Source of the DNA: Sedimentisphaerales bacterium | GTDB taxonomy: Bacteria > Planctomycetota > Phycisphaerae > Sedimentisphaerales > Anaerobacaceae | Length of the DNA stretch: 64,000 bases | Assembly (NCBI GenBank): GCA_963708075.1 | Contig: OY970194.1 | Location: 5,568,001-5,632,000, forward strand | Direction of reading: 5' to 3' | Part shown: piece after piece, positions 20,913 through 30,076 of the stretch | How the letters are laid out: each line of letters begins with the position of its first letter | How positions within the stretch are numbered: the stretch's first letter is position 1 | Program-made: the position numbers and the translations under genes | The notes under the pieces: model-generated | The model's input: the letters and a program-made list of their open reading frames with translations, nothing else | The model's database searches: none | Told to the model about the DNA's origin: nothing

Positions 20913-23330
20913 CTACTCACATCTCAACGCCACCATCGGATCGATCTTCGCGGCCCGGCGGGCGGGGATGTAACACGCTACTCCTGCGGCCGCCACAAGC
21001 ACGACTGTGGTCGTGACAAACGTGGTCAGGTCCGTGGGATTCACATTGTAGAGCGTACCGGCGAGCACTCGACTCAGACCCAGCGCCGCGATCAGGCCGA
21101 GGCCCAGACCGGCGCCGACCAGTCGAAGGCCTTCCCGGATCACCATGTTCACCACATCGGGCGCTCTGGCGCCGAGCGCCATGCGAATCCCGATCTCCTG
21201 GGTCCGCTGGCCCGCCCAATAGCTGGTGACGCCATAAATCCCCGCGAACGCCATGATGGCGGCGATCGCTCCATAGACGAGAAACATGGACGAGTACGTG
21301 AGGCGGAACAGCATCAGCGCCCGCATGCGGTCCGCCATCGTCTTGATATCGTGGACCGGCAGATCGGAATCCGCGGACCGCACGATCTCGCGGATTCTCG
21401 GGACCAGGGAGACAGGGTCGGCGCCGGTGCGGACGATGCCGAACATCGTTGAGCGGGGGAAGTGGCCGTAAGGCACATAGACACTCGCTCGTACCGGTTT
21501 CTCAGGACCATAGTGCTTCACGTCCCCTGTCACGCCAATGACGCGCATCCAGTCCTGGGAACCCGAGAATCGAATCCGCTTGTCTATGGCGTTCTGCCCC
21601 GGCCAGTAATGTCTCGCGAAACTCTCGTTGACGATCGCAGTTCTGGCACTGTCCGGGCGGTTGTCCGGCTCATCGAAGAACCGTCCCGAAAGCAGCTTGA
21701 TGCCCATGGTCTCGAAGTAGCCCGGGGTGGTCGTGTGGAACAGCACGATTGGATCTTCCTCACCCGGCTGTTTGGCCGGTGCGCCTTCCGCGTCAAAAGA
21801 TTGCCCATCATGCTGGCCGCTCATCGGCAGCACGCTGACAAGTCCGGCTCCGGCGACTCCCGGCAGCGTTCGTATCCTGCTAAGGTGCTGCTCGAAGAAG
21901 GTCCGCCTGGCCTCATCGGGGTATGCGCCAGAGGGCAGGCTGATCTGGTAGGTGACGATGCCGGACGGACGGAATCCGGGATCGATTTCCTGCACCTTTT
22001 GCAGGGCCCGCAGGACCAACCCGGCACAGATCAGCAGAATCAAGGCCAGCGCAACCTGGCCGACTACGATGGCGCTGAGCATTCTTCGGCCGCCACCCGA
22101 GGCGGCGTTGCGGATGCCGGAGGATTGCAGCACGCCGTGAAAGTCTTTCGTCCTCGCGGCGTGCAGACCCGGTATGAGCCCGGACAGAACAGTAGCCGCG
22201 CCGATGATGGACAGGCAGAACAGCGCGCAACGGATGTCCATATCGAATGTCATCCAGCGCGGGATGTTCATGAGCTCACGATACTGCGTGGTGATCAACG
22301 TAATCGCCACGTCCGCCAGAAGAATGCCGATGACCCCTCCGATGGCGGACAGCAAAATGCTTTCCGTCAAGATGTGGCGGATGATGCGCCAACCCGTGGC
22401 TCCCAGGGCCAGGCGCGTGGCGATCTCCCTGCCTCGATGCGACCCGCGAGCCAGCATGATGGCGGCGACGTTGCAGCAGGCAATCAACAACACGAGCCCC
22501 ACTGCACCCAACAGGATCGTGAGACCCTGCCAGTACTCGCCGAGGTATCTTTGTCGCAGGGTGCTGACGGTCGGTGAGGTGATCTCATTGGCGGGGTGTC
22601 CCTCTGCGAGGCTCCGGTGGATGCGGAGCAGATCATCGCGGGCTTGCTCCACGGTCACGCCCTCTCTCATCCGGCCGATTGCGGATAAATACCAACTGTC
22701 TTTGCCCTGCTGGGGGTCGGCAGCGAGCGGCCTCAGCGCATCGATATCCGCGGGAAAACCGGCTTCAGGCGGCAGGACTCCGATAATGGTACAGGAGTTG
22801 TCGTCCAGTCGCAGCGTCTGGCCCAGGACGGCCGGGTTCCTGCCGGACATTCGTTTCCACAAGCCGTAGCTCAGCAGGACCACGCTGGGGCCGTTCGGCT
22901 GGTCCTCCTCTTGCGTGAAACGCCTCCCCAGCACGGGCTGAATCCCCAGGACATCGAAGTAGTCATGCGTCGCCACGAGCACGTTGGCTCGCTCCGCCTT
23001 GCCATCGATAGACAGATTCGCCCCCCACAGGGTCCAGGCATACATCGACTCGAAGCTCTTGTTGTGCTCACGCCAGGCGTGAAAATCCGGAAAGGCGATC
23101 GCCGTGTAGTCCAGACCCCACTTGGGCGCCGTCTCGTTGAGATCCATCAGCCGATCAGGGTTGGGCACGGGGAATGGACGCAGGTACAGGCCATTGAACA
23201 GACTGAACACTGTCGCCATACCCGCAATCCCGATTGCCAGGATTCCTGTGCTCAACAGTGAGAACGACCGCTGCTTGATGAGGCTGCGGCAGGCAAACCT
23301 CAGATCAGACCAGATACTGAGAACTCCCAT
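20913..23330 (-). CDS. ABC permease, duplicated MacB/FtsX (ADOP-like)
   Basis: 805 aa; LLIACCNVA, EIGIRMALGA, PARRAAKIDPMVALRCE. Confidence 0.92.
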   Translation of the reverse strand: MGVLSIWSDLRFACRSLIKQRSFSLLSTGILAIGIAGMATVFSLFNGLYLRPFPVPNPDRLMDLNETAPKWGLDYTAIAFPDFHAWREHNKSFESMYAWTLWGANLSIDGKAERANVLVATHDYFDVLGIQPVLGRRFTQEEDQPNGPSVVLLSYGLWKRMSGRNPAVLGQTLRLDDNSCTIIGVLPPEAGFPADIDALRPLAADPQQGKDSWYLSAIGRMREGVTVEQARDDLLRIHRSLAEGHPANEITSPTVSTLRQRYLGEYWQGLTILLGAVGLVLLIACCNVAAIMLARGSHRGREIATRLALGATGWRIIRHILTESILLSAIGGVIGILLADVAITLITTQYRELMNIPRWMTFDMDIRCALFCLSIIGAATVLSGLIPGLHAARTKDFHGVLQSSGIRNAASGGGRRMLSAIVVGQVALALILLICAGLVLRALQKVQEIDPGFRPSGIVTYQISLPSGAYPDEARRTFFEQHLSRIRTLPGVAGAGLVSVLPMSGQHDGQSFDAEGAPAKQPGEEDPIVLFHTTTPGYFETMGIKLLSGRFFDEPDNRPDSARTAIVNESFARHYWPGQNAIDKRIRFSGSQDWMRVIGVTGDVKHYGPEKPVRASVYVPYGHFPRSTMFGIVRTGADPVSLVPRIREIVRSADSDLPVHDIKTMADRMRALMLFRLTYSSMFLVYGAIAAIMAFAGIYGVTSYWAGQRTQEIGIRMALGARAPDVVNMVIREGLRLVGAGLGLGLIAALGLSRVLAGTLYNVNPTDLTTFVTTTVVLVAAAGVACYIPARRAAKIDPMVALRCE

Positions 23331-23386
23331 TGTCCTCTATTCCTTCCTGTACTCTGTGCCGTCACACGAATTCTCTGTCTCCGTTC

Positions 23387-23444
23387 CCATTCACATCTCA
23401 ATGCGGCCATGGGATCGATCCTCGCCGCCCGGCGGGCGGGCAAG
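23387..23444 (-). pseudogene. Orphan 3' tip of an eighth permease
   Basis: Encodes LPARRAARIDPMAALRCE followed by TGG where a stop is expected; no permease body upstream. Confidence 0.85.
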
Positions 23445-23468
23445 ACAGCTTTGGGCTGTGTTCCAGGC

Positions 23469-25034
23469 TCATCGCTTCTCCAGACGGTAATTGCACCATG
23501 TGGGCACCTCGCGAGTGAAATCGAGTGTTCCTCCGCCCTTGGTGATGAACACACCCGGCTTGACCTCCTGGAGGTTCTCATTCGACGAGTGCAGCCCGTT
23601 CACCATGTCAAAGAACTTCGATTCGGTCACGCACAGGGTGCCGTCCTTTTCAAAGACGGTGATGCGCGGCGTATATTCGTCGCGACCCATCACCAGAATC
23701 GCCACATGAGCCCACCATTCGAGCTTGTATTCACTGAATCGCAGACTGTGAGTCCCGCAGTATTGCCTCCATTCGGGCTTGTAAGGGGTCGGCTTGTGAT
23801 CGGCCCAGCCCCACCATGTGCCGACGCAAGGATGATAGTCGGGCTCGTCCCGCGGGAAGCGCTTCTCCACAATCCTCCCTTTGACCAGCTTGTCTGTCAG
23901 CGCCAGGGCCAGGTTCCCCATGGCGGAATTCGGCAGCTTGTTGGTCAGGACGACAGCGCCCACGCCGTACTCGGGATACCAGTGCAGGAATGATAGAAAG
24001 CCAAATCCTGCACCGTCGTGCCAGAGCAGAGTCTCGGTCCGCTCGGGCGATCGCTTGTCAATAAGGATTCCCTGGCCATAGTACACGTTTGGGTCGGTGC
24101 GGATGATCCCCGCAGGTGCATGGATGGTCTCCATCAAGGACCGGTCGACAACACTGCGGCCGTCGAGCGTCCCTTGACTGATGTGCAATTGAACGAGGCG
24201 GGCGATGTCTCTGGCCGTGCTGTAAATGCTGCCTGCTCCGAGTGCCGGGTACACCACGGGCACCTTCGCTACGCCCATCATGTGCCCGATCGCGCGTTCG
24301 GAGTTGCCGAGGATCTCCTGCCGATCCGCCGTGGTGTTCGACATTCCCAGGGGAGTGAAGAGCCGCTCTTTGAGATAGTCCTTGAACGACTTGCCACTGG
24401 CCACCCGGATGGTGTACGCCGCCAGATCATACGATGCGTTGCCGAGATATACGCTGCTGCCCACCGGGCAGATGAGCCAACTGTCGTAGAGACTCTTGAT
24501 ATGATCTTCGAAGGAAGTCGTTGAAGCCGGCTCGAAATTATTGCCCAGGCTCATTTCCACAGGAATCCCGGCCGTGCAGTTGAGCAGCCGTCTCAGCGTG
24601 ATCTTCTGTTCCGGATGGTCTTCGTACCGGCTGTTGACCTTGAAGTCCGGCAGGTAGGTCGTGATCGGCTCGTCCAGCTTCACCAGTCCATCCTGGACGG
24701 CGAGCATGACAGCCGTGGCCGTGATCAGCTTGGACATCCCGCAGATCATGAAAGGCGTATCCGGCGTCACGGCCTTCTTCTTGCCGCCCGTGTAGCCGTA
24801 GCCTTCCGTCCAAACGATTCCTTTATCATCGACCAGGGCGATTGCGGCGCCGGGGAGATCGCCCTTATCCAGGATCCCCGGCACCGATGCGCGGAATTCA
24901 TCAATCACGGCTGTGATCTTCGGGTCCAGACCCTCTCTCTTGTAGCCGCCCGTCCCGGGAGCGGCCGCCCGCACTGGGCAGAGTGAGCCGGCCAGGAATT
25001 CCACTACAAGAATGGATAGGACAATGACTCGCAT
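23469..25034 (-). CDS. Secreted beta-lactamase-related (serine hydrolase fold) protein with degenerate catalytic motifs
   Basis: Signal peptide MRVIVLSILVV; LPGAAIALV, VTPDTPF, KLDEPITTYLP, LFTPLGM, GSIYSTARDIAR. SxxK reads GMSK and YSN reads LGN. Confidence 0.88.
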   Translation of the reverse strand: MRVIVLSILVVEFLAGSLCPVRAAAPGTGGYKREGLDPKITAVIDEFRASVPGILDKGDLPGAAIALVDDKGIVWTEGYGYTGGKKKAVTPDTPFMICGMSKLITATAVMLAVQDGLVKLDEPITTYLPDFKVNSRYEDHPEQKITLRRLLNCTAGIPVEMSLGNNFEPASTTSFEDHIKSLYDSWLICPVGSSVYLGNASYDLAAYTIRVASGKSFKDYLKERLFTPLGMSNTTADRQEILGNSERAIGHMMGVAKVPVVYPALGAGSIYSTARDIARLVQLHISQGTLDGRSVVDRSLMETIHAPAGIIRTDPNVYYGQGILIDKRSPERTETLLWHDGAGFGFLSFLHWYPEYGVGAVVLTNKLPNSAMGNLALALTDKLVKGRIVEKRFPRDEPDYHPCVGTWWGWADHKPTPYKPEWRQYCGTHSLRFSEYKLEWWAHVAILVMGRDEYTPRITVFEKDGTLCVTESKFFDMVNGLHSSNENLQEVKPGVFITKGGGTLDFTREVPTWCNYRLEKR

Positions 25035-25047
25035 AACACTCTGTCTC

Positions 25048-25125
25048 CAGTTCTCAGTTGTCAGTTCCCGGTTGTCAGTCCTCAGTTGCCGGCAACTGAC
25101 AACTGTCAACTGGGAACTGTGAACT
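25048..25125. repeat. Inverted heptamer-repeat hairpin
   Basis: Six CAGTTNN-type units, centre CAGTTGC-CG-GCAACTG, five NNAACTG-type units. Confidence 0.92.
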
Positions 25126-25129
25126 CCTT

Positions 25130-27556
25130 CTATTCACACCTCAGCGCCACCATCGGATCGACTCTGGCTGCACGCCGGGCGGGGAGATAACACGCCACAA
25201 GGCCGATCAGACTGAGCAGCAGAGCTCCCGCCGCTAATGCAAGCGGATCCATTGGGCTGACGCCGTAAAGCATGCTGCGCAAGACTCGTGTCAAAGCGCA
25301 CGCGCCGCCCAAGCCCAACCCGATCCCAATCGCCACAAGTGTCATCCCCTGGCGCAGCACCAGCCGCACCACGCCAAGTCGTGCGACGCCGAGCGCCATG
25401 CGGATTCCAATCTCGCGTTGGCGCAAGGCAACGGAATAAGCCAGGATGGCGTAAACGCCCACGCCGGCCAGCAGCAATCCCACCGCTCCGAAGACGCCGA
25501 GGTAGCACATGTAGGTCCGATGCGCTCGCGTGCTGTCGTAAAGAGTATCCTCAACCACCGACACAGAGGGTTTGTGCAGTCCAGGTCCCGCGGTTTTCAC
25601 TTCTGCCAAGAGAGCTTTCACCAATCCTTCCGGTTCAGTACGCGTTCGTACAAAGAACTCGTAGTACCCAAAAATGAAGCCCACTCGCTGCGGCCGGTAG
25701 AACGTCGGGCTGATGGCGTCCCCCAAGCCCCAGGTCTGGAAATCGGCGACAACGCCCACGACCTCAAAGGTGCTGTGGTCGTTGGCGTCTGTCGGGCGGA
25801 TGGTCTTGCCGATCGCGTTCTCCCCCGGCCAGCAACGCCGGGCGAGGGTCTCGTTGACCACGACCGCCGTGGCGTTGGCACCCGCGTCCTGGTCGTCGAA
25901 ATACCGCCCGCGAAGCAGCGGCGTCCGCATGGCCTTGAAGGCATCAGCCGTCCCGATCCCAGAAGCGCCCGCACATAACTCCACTGACTCCTCTTGTCCG
26001 GTGATGGCATACTTTCGCAGTCCCGGGTAGCCGATGAAGATACCTACCGCCTCGACTCCGGGCACAGCGATGAGTCGCCGCTGAACCTCCGCCACCAGGA
26101 GGTTCTTCGCTTCAAGCTTCTGGTATTTCTTCACCAGGTCCGGCTCAATCACAACATTTACCAGGTTCCTCGGATCGAGGCCGGGGTCGCTCCGGAGCAG
26201 ATGAGCCACGCTTTGGATCATCAGACCGGCTCCCGCGAGCAACACCATCGCCAGAGAGACTTCAAGAACGACCAGCCCTCGGCGATACAAGTTTCTCAAG
26301 GTGCCTGGCGTCGCCTGCACGCCGGTTTGCTTGAGCGCGTTCGCCACGGGTCGGGTCGCCCCGTACCATGCAGGGAAGGTCCCGGAGATCAGACCTGAGG
26401 TGACCGCAACCAACACGGAGTAGCTCAGCACCTGCCAATCGAGTTCCATCGCTCGCAAACGTGATAGATAAAGCGGCACCAGCCGCTCCATGAGGCCGAA
26501 GCTCCAGTAGGTCAGGCCTATGCCTACCGCCGCGCCGGCCAGGGCCGGCAGCAAACTTTCCAGCAATAGTTGCCACAGCAGCCGCAACCGACTGGCCCCC
26601 AGCGCACCCCGGATGGCCAATTCATGCTGGCGTGCTTCGGCCCGGGCCAAGTTCAGATTCGCTACGTTCGCACAGGCGATCAGCAAGACAAAGATCATCG
26701 CCCCCACAAAACCAGGAATGGTCTTCTGCACGTCGGCGCCGGCGAATACCTCCCGTACGGGTCGCAAGGGAAGAGAAGCGTAGCCGTACCCAGATTTGCG
26801 GTGCTCATCCTCGTACCTCTGCGCGAGCACATCCAGCACTGCCTGCGCCTGCTTCATGGACACGCCGCCAGCAAGTCTCGCAATGATTTCGGAGTCGAAC
26901 GAGAATCGAGAGCCCTTCGGGTCTTTGTCCGCTGGCTTCACCTCCGGGTCACCCGCTGGAAGCCAAAAATCCGCATACTGGGGGTATCTGAAATTAGGCG
27001 GCATCACGCCGATGACCGTGTAATACTGATTCTGCACGCGGAGCGATTTCCCTATCCAACCACGGTCACCGCCCAATCGGTTCTTCCAGAACGTGTGACT
27101 GAGCACAATAACCGGAGGAGCGCCAGGCCGATCTTCATCTGGGGCGAACGGCCGCCCAAGCCAGGGCCTTTCGCTCCAAAACGAGAAGAAGTTCGGAGAG
27201 ACGCGGGCACCATTGATAGTCTCACTCCACTCGCCATTCTGCCAACGCAGGTCGACCCAGGGGTTAGTTCTGATTAGATCAGCGAAGCAGTCCCGGTGGG
27301 CGCGTAACTCCTGGACGATCATGGGGGTGACACCATACATGTAGTCGTTCTTCTCCCTGTTGAAGGCGCGAATCTGGACGAGCCGATCCTGCTTGGCCAC
27401 CGGCACGGGATTGAACCACAGCGCATTGACTCCACTGAAGATCGCCGTGCTTGCCCCGATGCCGAGTGCGAATGTAAGCACGGCCACGGCCGTGAAGCCC
27501 GGCGTATGGGCCAACATTCGAAGAGTATATTTGAGGTCTTGCCACAGTGTTCTCAT
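25130..27556 (-). CDS. ABC permease, duplicated MacB/FtsX (ADOP-like)
   Basis: 808 aa; MRTLWQDLKYTLRML...PARRAARVDPMVALRCE; TGATG overlap with the upstream ATPase. Confidence 0.92.
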   Translation of the reverse strand: MRTLWQDLKYTLRMLAHTPGFTAVAVLTFALGIGASTAIFSGVNALWFNPVPVAKQDRLVQIRAFNREKNDYMYGVTPMIVQELRAHRDCFADLIRTNPWVDLRWQNGEWSETINGARVSPNFFSFWSERPWLGRPFAPDEDRPGAPPVIVLSHTFWKNRLGGDRGWIGKSLRVQNQYYTVIGVMPPNFRYPQYADFWLPAGDPEVKPADKDPKGSRFSFDSEIIARLAGGVSMKQAQAVLDVLAQRYEDEHRKSGYGYASLPLRPVREVFAGADVQKTIPGFVGAMIFVLLIACANVANLNLARAEARQHELAIRGALGASRLRLLWQLLLESLLPALAGAAVGIGLTYWSFGLMERLVPLYLSRLRAMELDWQVLSYSVLVAVTSGLISGTFPAWYGATRPVANALKQTGVQATPGTLRNLYRRGLVVLEVSLAMVLLAGAGLMIQSVAHLLRSDPGLDPRNLVNVVIEPDLVKKYQKLEAKNLLVAEVQRRLIAVPGVEAVGIFIGYPGLRKYAITGQEESVELCAGASGIGTADAFKAMRTPLLRGRYFDDQDAGANATAVVVNETLARRCWPGENAIGKTIRPTDANDHSTFEVVGVVADFQTWGLGDAISPTFYRPQRVGFIFGYYEFFVRTRTEPEGLVKALLAEVKTAGPGLHKPSVSVVEDTLYDSTRAHRTYMCYLGVFGAVGLLLAGVGVYAILAYSVALRQREIGIRMALGVARLGVVRLVLRQGMTLVAIGIGLGLGGACALTRVLRSMLYGVSPMDPLALAAGALLLSLIGLVACYLPARRAARVDPMVALRCE

Positions 27557-28305
27557 CAGGCTACCTCGAAGCCGTGCTGCTTGAGCTCTGTGGTTTCCTG
27601 TTGTTTACGCGAGGCCTCTTCCTCTTCCACGATCCGGCCGTCGAACAGATGGACGGTCCGCTGGGCGCTGCGAGCGTAGCGCGGGTCGTGCGTCACCATG
27701 CAGATCGTCGCGCCCTCCCGGTGCAACTCGCTGAGCAAGCCCATGACCGCCTCGCCATTGTTGGAGTCGAGGTTTCCCGTGGGCTCGTCGGCCAGCAGGA
27801 TGGACGGGCGCCCGACCACCGCACGGGCGACCGCCACCCTTTGCTGCTGACCCCCGGACAGTTGGGCCGGGTAATGTTTCATTCGGTGGGACATCCCCAC
27901 ACGTTCCAGCGCCTCCTGTGCCCGCTGTTTTCGCTCTGCCGAGGGCATGCCCCGGTACGTCAGGGGCAGCTCCACGTTCTCATAGACGGTCAGGTCGCCG
28001 ATCAGGTTGAAGCTCTGGAAGATGAAGCCGACCTGGCGGTTGCGGATGCGGGCCCGCTGCGAAGCGGACAGGCTCGCCACCGGCTCACCATTGAGCCAAT
28101 ATTCGCCCTCGGTCGGCGAATCCAGCAGGCCGAGGATGGCCATGAACGTCGATTTCCCGCAGCCGGAAGGCCCGGCGATGGAGACGTACTCGCCCTGGGC
28201 GATGCTCAGGTGAATCCCCGCCAGCGCGTGGGTCTCCACTTCTTCGGTGATAAAGACCTTGTGCAGGTTCTCGACGCGGATGAGGGAATCGTTGGATTGA
28301 GCCAT
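27556..28305 (-). CDS. ABC transporter ATP-binding protein (MacB/LolD-type)
   Basis: [39 protein letters not shown]. Confidence 0.95.
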   Translation of the reverse strand: MAQSNDSLIRVENLHKVFITEEVETHALAGIHLSIAQGEYVSIAGPSGCGKSTFMAILGLLDSPTEGEYWLNGEPVASLSASQRARIRNRQVGFIFQSFNLIGDLTVYENVELPLTYRGMPSAERKQRAQEALERVGMSHRMKHYPAQLSGGQQQRVAVARAVVGRPSILLADEPTGNLDSNNGEAVMGLLSELHREGATICMVTHDPRYARSAQRTVHLFDGRIVEEEEASRKQQETTELKQHGFEVA

Positions 28306-28333
28306 TTCTCAGCTCCCGGTTCTTCTTGGTTCT

Positions 28334-28804
28334 TAGTTGTCAGTTCACAGTTCTCAGTTCACAGTTGTCAGTCCGCAGACCTGCCTTTAGGCGGTCGGGG
28401 CTGGCGCAGCGATTTCCGCAGACCGTTGATCATTCTCCCGACCTCTTCCGTCTGGGCAAAGAAGCGATGGGCCACTTCCTCACCTATGTACCCGATTCGT
28501 TTTGCGATCTCTATATGAGTCTCCAATTCGGCCACGGAGCCATGAGCGATCGACAGGTGGTGGAGGAACTCTTTTCTGTGCTGGCGAGCCTGGCCTTCGG
28601 CAATATTGGCGGGGACCGACACGGCTGCCCTCTGGATCTGGCCCGTCAGACCATACTGCTCACTCGCTGGGAATCTCCGCGTAGTCTCGTAGCAGCGCAC
28701 CACGACATCCATGCTCTTCCTCCAAACCTCCAAATCCCTATAGCTGTTTCCTCTCACAGCTTTTCTCCTTCTTCTGCCAACTGTCAACTGTCCACTGCCA
28801 ACTA
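28334..28804. mobile_element. Candidate element: heptamer-repeat inverted arms enclosing a four-helix-bundle gene
   Basis: (CAGTTNN)n arm at 28334-28373 and (NNAACTG)n arm at 28774-28804 flank CDS 28368..28757. Mobility is inferred, not shown. Confidence 0.5.
28368..28757 (-). CDS. Four-helix-bundle protein (23S rRNA IVP family, Avd-like fold)
   Basis: SYRDLEVWRKSM...FPASEQYGLTGQIQRAAVSVPANIAEG...FLHHLSIAHGSVAELET; GTG start at 28757 after AAGGAG. Confidence 0.93.
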   Translation of the reverse strand: MRGNSYRDLEVWRKSMDVVVRCYETTRRFPASEQYGLTGQIQRAAVSVPANIAEGQARQHRKEFLHHLSIAHGSVAELETHIEIAKRIGYIGEEVAHRFFAQTEEVGRMINGLRKSLRQPRPPKGRSAD

Positions 28805-30064
28805 CTTCAATCTGATCCTGTCACAGCTATCCCATTGGGACATGTCGCTCAATATGATCTCGTCACCCACTTGCAGGCCGTCGAGGACCTCGATTGTACT
28901 GACGGAGCTGCGGCCGAACTGTGCCCGGGTCCGCACCGCGTGCTTGCCGCCCTCGATGACCTTGAACAGCTCCGTGATGCCCTCGGAGGAGGCATAGACC
29001 GGCCGGCCGACGTTGAGGACATCGTCCAGTCGCTCGATCTCGATCGTGCCGACGACCGACAGGTCCGGCCGGGCCCCTTCCGGCAGCGTGCCCTTCAGCG
29101 AGACATCCACCGTGACGTTCCCATCCATAACAGTCGGGTCGAGCCGGGAAACCTTTCCTGAAACCGTCCCATGATGCGTATCGACGACAGCCGCCAGGCC
29201 GATTCGCACGTCTCTGGCCTGGGCCTCGGGGATCTTCAGTTGTGCCTTGAGCTGCCGGGGATTGGTGATCTTGGCCAGGATCGTGCCGGGGGAGATGGCT
29301 TGACCGGGCTCGATCTTGTTCGCGACCTGGGCCAGCACGCCGTTGGTGCCCGCCTTCACTTTCAGGGAGTCCATCTCATTGCACTTGAGCCTGTAGCGCG
29401 ATTCCGCCTGCTCCACGGCCGCCTGGGCCTCGGCCAATTGCGCGGGCATCGTCTGCGTGCGGTACATGTCCAGACGCTTTTTCCTGATTTCAAGGAGCTG
29501 CGCCGATTGTGTGACGCGCGACTTCGAGAGCGTCAGTTGCAGGTCCGAGATCAGGTCGCTCTCGTACTGCTTCTGGTCCACTTCCGCCCGGAGCTTGTTC
29601 TCCTCATGATTGGCCTCCGTCAGGGCCAGGTCCGCCTGCATCCCCAGCAACTGATCGTCCAGTTGGGCCGTCTGCGAGATCAGTTTCGATTGCGCCGAGT
29701 TCCACTGGGATTTGGCGTCCAGCAGCTCCAGCTCCAGCTCGGGATTATTCAGCTCCAGGAGCAGGGTGTTGGGCTCAACGATGCTGCCCGGCTCGATGAG
29801 GATTCGTGTGACTCGCCCTTTGACCTCCGCGGGAATCCACAGAATGTCCTCCGAGACGAGGGTGCCGACGCCGCGAACCTCCCGAAGCATGGGCCCGCGT
29901 TTGACGGTGTCCAGCCACAGGGTCCGGCGGTCCACCCCCGGCGCCGCCGGCTCCAGACGGGACACGCCCACGGTGACAACAGCCACCACGATCAGGCCCG
30001 TCGTGCCGATCAGGCCCCGTCGAATCATCTTCATGCGTTTCGCTGATTTTCGTGGTATGTCCAT
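28802..30064 (-). CDS. Efflux periplasmic adaptor (MacA/HlyD-type membrane fusion protein)
   Basis: MDIPR start, one TM helix, VKRGPMLREVRGVGTL, coiled coil, GLQVGDEIILSD. Confidence 0.92.
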   Translation of the reverse strand: MDIPRKSAKRMKMIRRGLIGTTGLIVVAVVTVGVSRLEPAAPGVDRRTLWLDTVKRGPMLREVRGVGTLVSEDILWIPAEVKGRVTRILIEPGSIVEPNTLLLELNNPELELELLDAKSQWNSAQSKLISQTAQLDDQLLGMQADLALTEANHEENKLRAEVDQKQYESDLISDLQLTLSKSRVTQSAQLLEIRKKRLDMYRTQTMPAQLAEAQAAVEQAESRYRLKCNEMDSLKVKAGTNGVLAQVANKIEPGQAISPGTILAKITNPRQLKAQLKIPEAQARDVRIGLAAVVDTHHGTVSGKVSRLDPTVMDGNVTVDVSLKGTLPEGARPDLSVVGTIEIERLDDVLNVGRPVYASSEGITELFKVIEGGKHAVRTRAQFGRSSVSTIEVLDGLQVGDEIILSDMSQWDSCDRIRLK

Positions 30065-30076
30065 GCTAAGCCACCG

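Noticed and set aside
25035..25109. N-terminal extensions in the ORF track (MTVVSCRQLRTDNRELTTEN here; MTVGRRRRKA at 28787)
   Set aside because: These are translations of repeat arms; SD-preceded starts lie downstream at 25034 and 28757.
28368..28757. 23S rRNA intervening sequence
   Set aside because: The flanks are protein-coding genes; no rRNA sequence is recognisable.
14170..28804. Repeat clusters as a CRISPR array
   Set aside because: Units are 7-8 nt, degenerate and inverted, with no constant repeat and unique spacers; no cas genes are seen.
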